From positions 248,001 through 312,000 of the forward strand of contig NC_134034.1 of the NCBI RefSeq assembly GCF_964204645.1: a stretch of 64,000 bases of DNA. Direction: 5' to 3'. The position numbers and the translations under genes were made by a program. Numbering within the stretch: position 1 is the stretch's first letter; the number at the start of each line of letters is the position of its first letter. The notes under the pieces were generated by a model. The model saw only the letters and a list, made by a program, of their open reading frames with translations. It was not told the origin of the DNA and made no database searches. Origin of the DNA: Tubulanus polymorphus (lineage: Eukaryota; Animalia; Nemertea). Positions 39,583 to 53,171 of this stretch are shown here, piece by piece.

Positions 39583-40416
39583 CAATATCTTCGTTAATTA
39601 CTCTACTACCTAAGGCGTTTTTATGAACACTCGATTAGTACACTCGCGTATGCAAAACGTTTTTATAAGCATGGATTATGTCATAATCCGTCATTTTTAT
39701 GAACATTGATTATCATAATCGATTAGCATATACTCAACATACTCGCTCGGCCTTTAAAAGAAGGGAAGGGAACCGGGACAAAATAAAGAAATAAATTGGT
39801 GGCAATCATCCTCAAACAAACCGTTTCATAGCAGCAGCACCTGACGCCGAATAGAGGATGTACAGAAGCTTCATCAAGTGAATGAGAATCTCCCTTTATA
39901 CCAGGATTCGACCTCGATTGAAACTCGCTACCGACATTGTACATTTTGACATTCGCGGCAGCACGTGTATAATGAGGCGATATCAAAATGGCGTGCTGTC
40001 TTCTAACGTTGACATCGCCAACGCCGCTGCGTCACGATGTGATGTACAAGGGACCCCCAATTATCGCAGTAAGTTTCTCCTTCTTGTATCATATTATCCC
40101 TTCAGCCAAGGCCAGGCGCACAGGCTTCTGAGGAACACGACAGCAAAAACCTCACCTAATTTCAAACATAGGCTAGCCATCCTAGAATTTAAGAATCGCC
40201 TGGAGCTCAGAGCCGACATATCATCATTCCACCGTCCCTGATATTTCTAGACTACGATGGGCTTCACCTCGACACTGTGTTGTAATGACCAGTGTTCAGC
40301 AGGTAACACACACACAATAAGAGTAGCTTACCGCTGATTGCTGCTACATTTGATGTATGGGCTGAATTAAATAGCCTACATCAGTCGATTAATAGAATGG
40401 TTCTGAGAGTAACTTT

Positions 40417-40741
40417 AGCCGCGATCACACGAGCATTGTCCCGTGCCAAATTTGGCCCGGAACAACTGTTCACATGGGTGCCAAATGGGCCCGAGCCTGT
40501 TTGGCCCGGACCAAAAACGTTGGACCAAGCCCGAGCCAAATTTTAGCACCAGACAAATGATTGTGTTTGAATTGCAACTGGCACCGGAAATGATCCACTT
40601 CGCTTTGTTTGAGTATTGTTTAGTATGGAGTGAATGGTTTGCGTGTGAACGCGCTCTCTAATTTGGCGCGGGCCAGATTTGGCCGGAGCCGGATCCGTGC
40701 CAATTTGGCCCGGGCCAAATCGTCTCCGTGTGATCACGGCT
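40417..40741. mobile_element. Harbinger/PIF-like MITE (325 bp); a diverged inverted copy lies at 53827-54072
   Basis: TIR AGCCGYGATCACACG at both ends, 3-bp TTT flanking duplication, internal TTGGCCCG subrepeats. Confidence 0.8.
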
Positions 40742-41859
40742 TTTCTGTTAGCTCTTGGTGGCACAAATTGTAACCAATGCATAGGCCTATACACAGCTGA
40801 TATTTTGTCACTAGGAGGGAAATAGGTGTTGGAATTAATATGGAAAGTTTCGTCCATCAGCTCTAAGCCTTTTGGAAGTGCTGGGAGAAAATTGAATTTT
40901 TCCCCCACTCTATAGATAAGTAGCTGCTAATGGATGCTTGACCTTGTTTCATGACATCAGCAGAAGGGCATGTACTCAGTTGATCCTACTGGACCTATGG
41001 TCCTTCATTTCATCTTTTAAATGTTCTCTTCAATGGTTTCAGAAACAGATAATTCTTTTCATGTTTTTTCATTACTTTCTTGTTTATATTTCATGTTCAA
41101 CTCTAGATGCAAAACCTAAACTGTGGATAGAAAAACCCCGTGAATAAATGAATTGCAGATTGGAGCGAACAATCTAATTTGTAAGTTTGAATTTTAGATT
41201 TGATATTTCTGCAGTTATTTCTAAGGAAAGAAAACAATCTTAGATTTGTCTATTATAGGTATCACTTCAACATGTTCAACGGGAATTTTGATTCAGCACA
41301 GGAAAACAAAGAATCACTCTTGGATTTTGCAAAGGACATCAAGGAATCAGTGTTTTACAATCAGACTTTTTTGGTTTCGCGCCGGACATCAGGAATCATT
41401 CTTGGAATCAGCACAGGACAACAAGGAATCAGTGTTTCACAGATTTTTTTTGATTCAGCACAGGACATTGGGAATCATTCTTGGATTCAGCATCAGGAAT
41501 CACTATAGCCTATGTGGAAATTCAAGATAAGTAACATTAATCTTTATTTATCGGTTGTTGAATTGATTTTAAGGGACCAGTTTTATAGTGTTTGTTATAA
41601 ACCATGTTTTGGAATGAAATCTCAGAAACCTGTTGCATTTATTCAATCATTTCAAATTTCTTTATATCGGTGAATATTTGGCTATAATCAGTTCATGGTT
41701 GGGATTATTATTTCAGTAAGCGGGTTTACAGGTTTTCTAAATTGCGATCAACTCAAATGTTATTTCTAATCAATATGAAACTGGTTCCTGATTTCAATAA
41801 TACAACTGTTATCAATCATGTTCCTTCGTAATAATCAGATCATGTGTATCTTGAGAGTT

Positions 41860-44800
41860 AGAATTTCTGTAGATTAAACTGCTGTACTTATTTCATACTG
41901 ATTGAACAGTTACAGATACATGTAACATTGTGTACAGATACAGAGTACAGATCACTGCATTACTTCATCCTGTGATTGAACAGTGATTTAATGTTCTCTC
42001 ATCTTCATTAGATTCCCATCCGTCTAACTAAAACATCAGAACAATTCAACTCATCTAACCGCTGGGTTTGGGGAGGGTGGGTAGGGTTGGGGGAGGGAAG
42101 GGGTGAGGGAGGGTGGGAGGGAAGGGGTAGAGGGAGGGTGGGAGGGATGGGGTGAGGGAGGGTGGGAGGGAAGGGGTAGTGGGAGGGATGGGGTGTGGGA
42201 GGGAAGGGGTAGAGGGAGGGTGGGAGGGATGAGGTGAGGGAGGGCGGGAGGGAAGGGGTCTGGGAGGGTGGGAGGGAAGGGGTCTGGGAGTGAGGGTGGG
42301 ATGTAGGGGTGGGGTGGTAGGGGCATGGTGGGCTGGGGAGAATGGGTGGTGGTAGGACTTTGCAGGGAAGGGTAGGCCCCTATGGGTTTGAGTTTAGGTG
42401 GTGTAGCGTGTAGGGTCTCGGTGGGGGTGGTTTATGTGTCAGGTACAGGTGGTTTAGTCGTAGTTATTTTTGGTCTTGAAGTTCAGGATATTTCAGAAAA
42501 TGTGTCCCATCTTTTTATTATTCTAAGAAAGGATTAATCATTATGAAACACGTGACTGCAACATGTCATGTTTCAGTTGTTATGCATGACAAGCTGTATA
42601 ACCATCGGCCAATTGGACTCGTTCTATTTCACTGGTTGTTATTTCTATGAGACCTGGGTTCGATCCCCGGCGAGTGCGCACGTTATTTCACCGTCACTTC
42701 TCTCAATCGTTATGAGATAATTGCCCCCAGATTTTTGAATTGGGACGTTTCAATTTTTAGGGCTATAATTTAAGGTATTGAATGATCACAAGTTCTGCTC
42801 CTTGGCTCCGATCAAATTACGACTTAATGAACAATTCAACGAAACAACAATCATACGTAATAATTACTGTTGATATCTGGCGGTTTACTGATACATTTCC
42901 AGCTGAAAGATGTATTTTCTTCTGTGCTATTTTAGAAACGGCTGTAAATACTGAGAACTGTATAGGACGACTTAGAAAATTGTTGACGAGAGTCGAGATG
43001 CAGTTCACATTCATCGCTGCTTCCTCTTTTTTCTGCAGATTCCTAGACAGAGACCTACTCTTCATTTTTGGAAGAAGAGTATAGAACTCATTAGAATAAG
43101 TGATATGTTTTGTAATCACTTTTATTGACACACTTCTTCATTTGCCTTCATGGCACAGTATATCACTATTCATAGATATCTTTAATAATTAGTTATCCTT
43201 TTCAAAAAGATGGGACACAATTTCTGAAATAAACTGTACAATTTTTAGGTGGGACAAAGATTGACACGGAGAGACTATTGTTCTATTATTACATTCATTT
43301 TAGAATAGGATAATATTCTATTTCTACCTGTGACTTATAATTCTATTCTAGACAGAATTTAAGGGACTGCGAACTAATTATACTTCTATCAGGAAATATT
43401 TTATTGAATTTAAAAGGCGTAAAAACAAATGATATTCAACCAGATGTAGTTGTAGTTTTTACAGTTAGTCTTTAGCAATCTTCCTACAATGAGACTCTGA
43501 TAAAGCGGGCATATCTTGTGTATTTTGCCATTTTTCACAATCATATCAGTTTATGAAAGTCATTTCATCCTCCGCTGTTATTTAAAATCTTATCAGAGCT
43601 CGATCAATTTGTCAGTTTATAGCTTTTAGACTTCGATCAATGCATCATTTTCTGGTAGACTCAAATTAGTCAGAATTATTTCGGACTTTATCAATTAGTT
43701 CAAGATTTTGAGCCCACAGTGTGAACATAATTCTTCACTTTATTCTAGTGATGAGTGTTTAGTCCAATTCCCCTATTCAACATATGCAACGCTCAATTTC
43801 TCATGTTATTTGCTAATCAAACCAGAGCCATAAAACTGACTTACCTTTAATGAGGGCCATATTTACCCTCCGTGGTCACCAATTCAGAACCATAGACCAA
43901 ATTTTGACTCTTTGGTCACCAAAACAGGGCTATGAACCAAACTTTGACTCTTTGGTCACTAAACCTGAGCCATGAACCAAACTTTGACTCTTTGGGTACC
44001 AAACCTGGGCTATGAACCAAACTTTGATGCTTAGGTCACTAAACCAAGGCCATAAATGAAAGATTTCAAGTTTTTTAAAGTTATTTCTGTTGCCTTCATG
44101 ACTCAATATTTGAGAATGGAACAAATGACGTAGTTAATGAAAGATTCATCCGTATCAGTGTTGCTGCTGCTGCTGCAGCTGCTGCTGCTGGTGCAACTAA
44201 CACAACCTTTCGCTGTTTGTCTCTAAAAGATTAAACTTGATCCCAGTCGGAACTGATGAGAGTTCTAGTGAGACGACAAAATAAGGAAAAGCCATATGAA
44301 AAGAAAAAATATAAATCGAACGCGTGAGCTTCTAACAACAAGATAAAACAGCATGAAATGCTGATATAAAGAGTGGGGTCCGAGAGCAATTCGAAGGTTT
44401 AGTGTCCTGCACGCTTAGAGGGCGGGCAGGGGTCTATTCCTACCTCGACTCAAAAAAAGATGAAATATTAAGAGCGGGGTCCGAGAGCAATTCGAAGGTT
44501 TAGAGTCCTGCACGCTTAGATGACGGGCAAGGGTCTATTCCTACCTCGACTCAAGAGCTCAAATGGCAAATGAAGGAAAATGGCTGGAGTTTAATTTGTT
44601 CCACTGGGTTCAAGTGTTAACTTGAAAAGACAATCAAATTACAATCAAACGGATTAGAGAGTATAGAAATATCTAGTCTAACTATCAATTGTCATTGGTC
44701 CACAACGATTTCTTAATAACAACATTGAATTCGTGAAGAAACATAAATAGCTTTAATTTGTTTTGATCTCAGCCATCATTCTTGTCCTTGGTTTGTGTTG

Positions 44801-45844
44801 ACCTTTCTCACGACATTTTGTGAGTGTGGAGATTTGGTTCGGGCTTATTTCCTTTGTTCGGGTGAACCCTCCGTATACCTCCCCCTCCCTTACAACATTA
44901 AGTTCCTCGGGTTTGTGAACTCGCATCATTTGATGAAATGAAATCTGTTTACAGACGACTGCTGCAACTTGTCGTGAAACTGAGATATATTGTGAATACT
45001 TATTGGAGGGAGTAGAAATAATAGGAATAATTTGAATAATTCGATGAAATTGATAAGGAATCATCTAAAATTCAAGTCATGTGATTTTCAAGACCAACCC
45101 AGGCATATGATCATTTGAATGCCTACGAAATTGTAGAACATTATCTGTTAGTCCCATCAATGATGCAATTGATTAAGGATTTCAATTTATATATTAAATT
45201 GATATGATCGTAAAAAAATGGCAAATCGTTTTGTAGTTATTGTACGGATGAGTGGTGTGTGAAGAGGAGACAACAGAGTTGAGGAGGCATTGAGGTAGGG
45301 CATTGAGGTAGGGCTAGGTGGGAGGGCTAGGTGGGTGGGCATTGAGGGTGGGCCAGGTGGGAGGGCATTGAGGGAGGGCTAGGTGGGAGGGGGTCCGGGA
45401 GGGCGGGAGGGAAGGGGTCCGGGAGGGAAGGGGTCCGGGTGGGCGGGAGGGAAGGGGTCCGGGAGGGAAGGGGTGCGGGAGGGAAGGGGTCCGGGAGGGA
45501 AGGGGTGCGGGAGGGAAGGGGTCCGGGAGGGAAGGGGTGCGGGAGGGAAGGGGCGAGGGAGGGAAGGGGCGAGGGATGGAAGGGGCGAGGGAGGGAAGGG
45601 GCGAGGGAGGGCGGGAGGGAAGGGGTCAGGGAGGGTCGGGTCGGGAGGTTAGGTGAGTTGAAATGTTCTGATGTTTTAGTTAGACGGATGGGAATCTGAA
45701 GATGAGAGAACATTAAATCACTGTTCAATCACAGGATGAAGTAATGCAGTGATCTGTACTCTGTATCTGTACACAATGTTACAAGTATCTGTTACTGTAC
45801 AATCAGTATGAAATAAGTACAGCAGTTTAATCCACAGAAATCCT
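41860..45844. mobile_element. ~4-kb segment bounded by ~200-bp inverted repeats (41860-42060 and 45647-45844); probable decayed DNA transposon or foldback element
   Basis: The ends are near-identical reverse complements (e.g. AGATTCCCATCCGTCTAACTAAAACATCAGAAC). No intact transposase or clear target-site duplication was seen. Confidence 0.7.
42484..43236. mobile_element. Nested decayed Tc1/mariner-like element
   Basis: Inverted ends CAGGATATTTCAGAAAATGTGTCCCATCTTTTT / AAAAAGATGGGACACAATTTCTGAAATAAACTG-TA. Confidence 0.55.
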
Positions 45845-46099
45845 GTACTGTTTCTGTCTGATTGATTAATAATTTGAGATGTTACATTCTGCTCTATTGT
45901 CACTGATTATTGTTTCTTTTTATTTTCAGAATGAAATGAATGCAATAGAATTTACTATTTAAACAGGCTCATTTAAAGGTAAGTACAAAACTGGTAATGA
46001 ATTTCTCCACAGAATTCTTCACAGTCTCTGTTGATATTTTGAATTATTTTTGAACTAAAAATTACAGTTTTACTCTCAGTTACAGGATGAGATACACAC

Positions 46100-46494
46100 C
46101 GCAGCAGCAGCAGCACTGGCAGTACCTGCAGTACCAGCACCATGCAGCAACAGCGCCACCAGCAACAGCAGCAGCACTGGCAGTACCTGCAGTACCAGCA
46201 CCATGCAGCAGCACAGCAGCAGCAACAGCAGCAATATACAGTACCAGCACCATGCAGCAACAGCGCCACCAGCAGCTGCAACAGCAGCACTGGCAGTACC
46301 CGCAGTACCAGCACCATGCAGCAACAGCGCCACCACCAGCTGCAACAGCAGCACTGGCAGCACCCGCAGTACCGGCACCATGCAGCAACAGCGCCACCAG
46401 CAGCTGCAACAGCAGCACTGGCAGTACCCGCAGTACCAGCACCATGCAGCAACAGCGCCACCAGCAGCTGCAACAGCAGCAGCAGCAGCAGCAG
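46100..46494. repeat. CAG-rich ~61-64-bp tandem repeat inside an exon-like segment
   Basis: CAGCAGCACTGGCAGTACCYGCAGTACCAGCACCATGCAGCAACAGCGCCAC units; flanked by CTCTCAG| (46079) and CAG|GTAAAA (46494). Confidence 0.9.
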
Positions 46495-49400
46495 GTAAAA
46501 CCTGGAAATTCATTATTTTTAGAGAACTGTTCTATATAAATTGTTCTATCTGTTCATGTTTCCAGCGTTCAATCACTCAATTAGGCCTAAAGATCGCTGC
46601 TTAGTTAGAGTTTTCAATGGGATACCGACAAGGCTACTGAGGGAAGCGAGGATTCAGCGATAATCCATTAGGTGTCGCTAGTGGCACTGGGTTACTGGGC
46701 TTTAATTTCACTCTACAGGTAAAGTCAACTTTTCTGATTAGTAAATCAAGTTTTAGTAAAAGTAATATCATTCACTGAACGAGAAAGTCGATGACTCGTT
46801 TGATGATTTCCAGATTTGGAAGCCTAGAAATAAAATTCAAATTTTATCGAAAATGAACTGATTTTCACTATGAATAGCCCGGTGTTTTTTTGCGCCATCT
46901 GGTGTTGCCGGTGCCCCATTGTTAAAACTCATTTATGTCCTGATCAAAGTTGGAATCATCAAGATGTTTATGTTTTCCATACATATTTTCAGTGAACAGA
47001 GCTATGGAGGTTTTGGTACCCAACAGTCGACCTCAAATACCGCTGGCTTAAAAACATTGACGAAAATGATAAGTCTTTGATTTGGTGTGAAACTGCTCTT
47101 ATTTCATAACAACTTAACTGACAATTTCTAAAATTTGTTATTAGTTGCTGAACGAAATAACTGGAACCCTTGATAGAATCTGTGAACAGTAAACATTGGG
47201 AATTCACTTCACATTTGTTTAAGATGGACATCGCTTTAGATCCTCAAAACCAATACGGTACCGGTGAATATCTCTACAGATTCTAGTCTCTGTTTGACTG
47301 TACATTTATAAACTCATTTCCTGATTAGAAGCTACATTAATCAGTGAAGGCGAATTTTCAATCACTTCTATTCTGGTCAAAGTTCGAATCATCAAAATTA
47401 TACAACTTTTGTATTCTAGGGTCCAAAATAAAGCTGAACTTGCAGTAAACATTGCGCTCCACAAATCAATCAAGTCAGAAGCGGTGAGTTTTATATCGAT
47501 TTATTGCAGTAATTTGTGGTGAACTTCAAATCAAGTCCAGAAAATGATGTTTTGATCGGTCAATGTTGGCAGGTATCAACGTTTTACTTGAGGACGCAGT
47601 CTAAAGCTACCATCAAACCTCTCAGAAATCTGCATATATTCGACACATTGTGATAAACTACTCATTAACCTGGTAGGTTTTCTGTCACAAACAAGTTGCA
47701 GTTTCTATCTATTTCATTAACCATTTTCTGGCATAATTTTCTCTTTCCAGAATGCAATACGCCCAACACTTTTTGGAACTGGAGAAATTAAAAATATTCA
47801 CCTTCAAAGAGTAAAGAAGCTCTAGTTGTTGGTGAAGCTGCTGATATTGTTTGAAGAAACTAAGTAACTATCTCGATACCTGGTTCTCGCTTATTATAAA
47901 ACTTAACAGTTCAATTATTTATGTATTTATTTTCTTAGAAAATCGTCAGTTACTTAACTTCATGACATTATGACTGTTGGAAGTGAAATCCTGCTAGATG
48001 GCACTGAACTAATCCGATACAAGTTTAGAAATGGTGAGTTTTTAATCACTCCACTGTGGTCTAATTTCATAATATTCTAACTATTAATATAATGCGGCTG
48101 ATGCTTAATTCTGCTCAACACAAGTTTTAAAATGATTGATTTTCTAATAGAATTTAGGCCCCAATTTCAGACTGCTATAGATTCACTAATTACTAATTCT
48201 TATCATAGTATACCGGTAATGATTTTTTGCAGCATGAAATTTGTCCAATAGAACAGTTTGACCAAAGATTGAATAATGGTGTTTGAATTATCTAGAATTA
48301 TAAGGTAATTATAATTTCTAGTTACCGAAATATGTCATGAAAACAATTCCCACTTGACTGTTAATTCAATCGAACATTTTCTGTGTAATATTTGCAGACG
48401 CAAGTTTTCTCTATTCTAGGACGAAGTGGGGATCGGGACCAATTTGCCATTTGACAGGGACAGGAACCAGCCATCTACCTGGAGATTGATATGCTGCCAC
48501 TTATTTCAGATCTGCAATTTTTAAGTTTAAAGCCAAATGAATATTGTTTATCTGTGCCGACCGGCATGGGCAGCCTACTGTTGTTCTGTTTATGATGGTT
48601 TGATAGACTGTGTATCACATATCCATAAAAACAATCGAGTCATCCCCTGATTCGTCTCTCAAAGCTGTGGTGTCATTTTTGCTAATAGAATAATAGCCTG
48701 ACTCGGGCATAGAATATATAATTAAAACCCTGCTATATGCAAATTTAAAAGATTTAAAAGGCGTAATTTATTTATCAAGAATCAGAATCAAAATAATAAA
48801 AGTAAAATAAAGAAATAACTAGAACAACCTATACGCACAAAATAACAAAACCTCTCGACCTTAGCACTGAACACTCGCTTTACTTTCCTAATGAACTTGT
48901 TTTTCCCTGTTTTAGTTATTTCTACAGACTTGATGATGGTCTCTACAGAGACTCCAAAATGTTGTGTCTTTTACTTCTATTAAGTTTCTATATAGTGGGT
49001 TTTAAAGTTTTAGTGAAAATTGAAATTGAAGATTAAATGTAGCTGTAAAGCAGCGATAACTGGTTGCATTAGTTTGTAATTGTTTGTACCCCACGACCCA
49101 GTTTTATTGGTCTGATTTTGTAAAAAATTGTATGATACACATATTGTATAATGATGTAATATGGACATGTTTTAAGTAACTCAATCAATGAAATCATAAA
49201 GTTGAAATATCGACAGGTTTTCTTTATTATGTGACTATAATATTTCGTGTGAACTGTTGTTCTGTTTTATTTGAAATAAAGATGAATTTTCTGTGTTGTT
49301 TTAGTTGTGATAACAGACGTCAGCAGTTTCACACACACTCAGTGCGTCACACGTAAATCCCACGGGTTCAGTTTCATAGAAATAATTTACTCAAAAAACT

Positions 49401-50029
49401 TTACTCAATTCGATCGAGTTTGCCACCTCAATGAATGAATATTTTTGAAGAAACTGAGCCTAGGGTACAGTTTCACAAACCATCATCCTTTCTCTGTGAA
49501 ACTGGACACTCGCTATTCAGTGTGCGAAACTGCGGCATCTAAATCTGATTGAAACCCTCCCATCATAAACCAAATCCTACTAAGGGTCCGGTTTCACAAA
49601 AACTGAGATAATGAAGAAATTTATCCTTTCTTGATATTTGATCCACATTACGTTTCACAAATTCAATTAAAAGATGGATCGTTTTTTGTGAAATTGCGAC
49701 CCCTGGTATGCGAGGGTTTCAATTCGTTGGTGAGCTACACCAAATACTATTACAGAACAGATAATATTGCCCGTTTCGTTTAGGCTAAACAAAAATGATA
49801 CCTTGTTTCTCCGTTTTATGATAAAATTTATAAACAGTTCATTTCTATAGCGGCTGGGTCTGTTATGGTAAAATGGATCACGATTTTTAAAAAAGTAATG
49901 TATAGGGTTGATAGGCGGCCGGCCGGGTCAACATTTAAGCTCAGCAGAGCGGAGAAACAAGGTATCAATTTTTTTAGCCTATTCACTAGAACTCTGTGGT
50001 CTAGTGGTAGACACTTATATGATATGATG

Positions 50030-50216
50030 CTAGGGGTAGTGATATGATGCTAGGGGTAGTGATATGAAGCTAGGGGTAGTGATATGATGCTAGGGGTAGT
50101 TATATGATGCTAGGGGTAGTGATATGAAGCTAGGGGTAGTTATATGATGCTAGGGGTAGTGATATGATGCTAGGGGTAGTGATATGACGCTTAGGGGTAG
50201 TGATATGATGCTAGGG
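50030..50216. repeat. 20-bp minisatellite GATATGATGCTAGGGGTAGT, ~9 copies
   Basis: Visible tandem units. Confidence 0.95.
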
Positions 50217-50822
50217 TTGTGCCTCTTTATTGCTGCTGGGAAAAATTAAAGTTTAGTTCATTATTTCTGTACCGTTTTTTCATTTAAGATATTGCCTTTC
50301 GTATGGATTGAATACAAAATAGGTTCCTTGAGATATTGACTTCTTTGACTTAGTATTAGCATTAAGCGGCATAGGTTCGGTAGTGGATCATCCTCAAACA
50401 GTGCTTAAGGATTTCTGAAACCAACGGACGATTTAAACCTGATGCGCAGCTACACGCGCAGCTTTAGATGATTTAATTATTCAGCCAATCAGAAATCCTG
50501 TTTTATTTTAGCCCGGTTTTCCCTTATATAGTTCTTCCTGAAATTAACCTCAGTGATTATGCAACGAGCGATCTGATTGGTGCCGCAAGTTTTCGTGAGG
50601 CAAAGCTGCGCATGTACCTGCGCACCCGGTCTAGTGTGGCAGGGGTTCGTGCCGTGGCTGAGTGTAGCGATGCCATGCCATTAGGTTCGAATCCCTGCCG
50701 TGGGAGGATGCGCCTCTCGTCTCATCAAATCTCCACCTTCGTACCGACACGTTACTAACAAAACAGCGAGAGTTCATTCCAAATACATTTTATTAGCAAT
50801 AAACTTAAAACGTTATGAAGTG

Positions 50823-53171
50823 CTACCTATTTCCACCAGGTGGCATTAGTGTATCTCGTATTTCCAGTAGTTCACGCGTATCGTGACGTCGCAACGCGAG
50901 GTCACGTACGCTGCCACGTGACCGTGACACGGCGCTGATTGGACGGCTTATGTGACGCGTGATGACGTCATCGTTGTAAAGCGTGAATATACTGGGTCGT
51001 CTGTTAGGTGGGTGCGGGTTGTATTGATCGGGTACCGGGAGCGGTGGATATCCCGGAGTCGTGGGTTTCGTGTCGGGAATCTCTACCGGAACCAGGTGAC
51101 CCGAATTATCCGTTAAGAATATTTTATTCTCGTTAGAATGTTTGTGTTTCTGGTCGGCTGCTCCGTGGTAAACGGCATTCTGAGGCGTCGGTAGAATATG
51201 AGATACCGGATTCAGGTACGGGTAAGGTGGTGGGGGTGTCATGGGCTGAGTTCGGGTACCGTCTGAAATTAAACAAACTAATTTCATTAATCTTTCAGAT
51301 TGAACAAAGTAGTTTATGACGTCATTGGGTGTTGAAATGAGCAGCCATCTTGTCCTCGTGACCCCGCCGTTGTGGTGGTACTGACCGTGATAATTGGTTT
51401 CGTTAGAATTCAATGTCCCACCTGCAGTGCTGCCCTCTAGGGCGTGGATTTGAAGAAGTTTTCGTTTTGACCGCAATAAATTTAAACACGACAGGAATAG
51501 GAACCAGAACGCGACAGATAGTGCAAACCTGCAGTTCAAAATAGAATCCATTATACATGTATGAAAAATTCATCTTATCTTCATTTTTAATTATACCTGT
51601 AGTAACTTCTTGGACCCAATCCCACAGTGTGATCTGGGTCTTGGTTTTGGTTCTACAGATATATGGGTTTAATTCGGCGAACCCAGGGTTGGGTTTAATT
51701 GGAGCCGTCGCAGAAAAGTACGTTGTTTGTTTATCAACTTTACCAAATGACAATGAAAGTAGCAATATCACTGGTGATGACATTTATATATATTCACTGC
51801 TTAACCCTGGACAACCGTTTGGGCAACAACCCCGGACCCCGATGGAGGATTCCGTGGCCTTGGTTGAGGGCCGGGGGGGGGGGGGGGTGTTTAGTTGAAG
51901 AAGCGGAATTGTTTGAGAACAGTAAACACCGTACCTTACATAAGCATAATATATTGATTAATATTATTGATTTCGCCCGATTGATTATAATGAGTATCGT
52001 TGCTATGTAACGGTAACAATGGCGGAAGCCGTTTGATAACGATTATCTCTCACCAGAAATACCAGGCTCTATATATAAACAATGTAGTTCGGTCGTCTGG
52101 AGGTTGGTCACGTCTCGTCGCGTAGCAACACGAATCGTCACAGCACACCAGCCCTGAAGAGCACCTGAAGATATTCACAAAAAACATTATTCAATGCTAT
52201 TAGAAGATGCGCACTCAACCCGGACCCAAATATTCAAAGACATTTGAGAAGTCGTCAATTCTATTTTCCTTAAAACTGGCCACTGGCCTCAGAGGGGCGG
52301 ATCTAGGGAAACATGAAGGCCGGAGCCAAGTCAGTGGCCGCTATTGGGGTTCCGCGTGCCGTTAATACGATTCCGGACAGACAGACGTCTCGCAAACTGT
52401 GTTTTACCTGAACTGTCGTCTGCTGCTTGTTGTTGATGCTGTTGAGTTGTTCGTAAAAGTACACGTTACACAAGTTACTAACTGAAAATAAAGACAAATT
52501 TACGATAAACTTGTTCTAGTCCCCGTGGTACATTTACCACGGCGATGATCTATATAGCTCGAAACGTCGCGTCCACGATTTTGAAACCTTTTGTAGACCT
52601 ACATTCATAAATACTTTATGGACTTATATCACACATAATTATGTAATTAAACTTCAACACAAGTTCTAAACCGTGAAAAACGGCTCCACAAATTACAGAA
52701 AATCCCAAATCGCATTTTGAACTGGAGTCGTCAAATCAATAAGTCAGGATGGCCGAGTGGTCTAAGGCGCTGCGTTCAGGTCGCAGTCTAGTTCTCTAGG
52801 CGTGGGTTCGAATCCCACTTCTGACATGTCATTATTTTACGATTCCTTTTAGAATTTTAAACCATTTATTTCTATCGCCATCTATATTTCAATGCCGCCT
52901 GTATCAGTAACCAGCGTGTCCACAAATCATCCTTTTCCCCTGAACACTAACCACAGAAAACAAAACATCTCAAAGAGGAACAACAAATATATTTTGGTAA
53001 AATAATATAACCATTTTCAATTAGATTTCTCTCAATGACAAATAAAGTGAATAATAAAATATCATTAGCTGCTTGTAAAAGTTCTGTCTGAAGCTCTGGG
53101 GGAGGAGCACCACGTACCTTGATCAAATTGCCACCGATGAAATTAACCAAAACTGCAACAATTTTGCCCAT
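50823..53171 (-). CDS. VOPP1: VOPP1/WBP1-family single-pass membrane protein. Exons 53171-53118, 52481-52408, 52164-52054, 51528-51386, 51262-50823
   Basis: Exons splice in frame (phases 0,2,2,1) to give a hydrophobic N-terminus, CSSGLVCCDDSCC Cys domain, RAWYFW-TM and a PPPPY motif, which is the VOPP1/WBP1 architecture. Confidence 0.75.
52743..52826 (+). tRNA. tRNA-Leu(CAG)
   Basis: GTCAGGATGGCCGAGTGGTCTAAGGCGCTGCGTTCAGGTCGCAG...GGGTTCGAATCCCACTTCTGACA: full cloverleaf with long variable arm and a T-run downstream; lies antisense in VOPP1 intron 1. Confidence 0.98.

Noticed and set aside
42782-45064. ORFs 42782-43084 and 44753-45064 as transposase remnants
   Set aside because: Only vague resemblance; no DDE/D motif or zinc finger I can support without a database search
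42051-45728. Pro-rich and Gly/Arg-rich ORFs at 42051-42326 and 45327-45728
   Set aside because: Translations of G-rich low-complexity tracts
45973-46604. Six overlapping ORFs rich in Q, A, C and L
   Set aside because: CAG-rich repeat with a period not divisible by 3; stop-free by composition, no domain recognised
50621-50706. tRNA-like sequence with GGTTCGAATCC (also ~42655)
   Set aside because: No cloverleaf or acceptor stem; at most decayed SINE fragments
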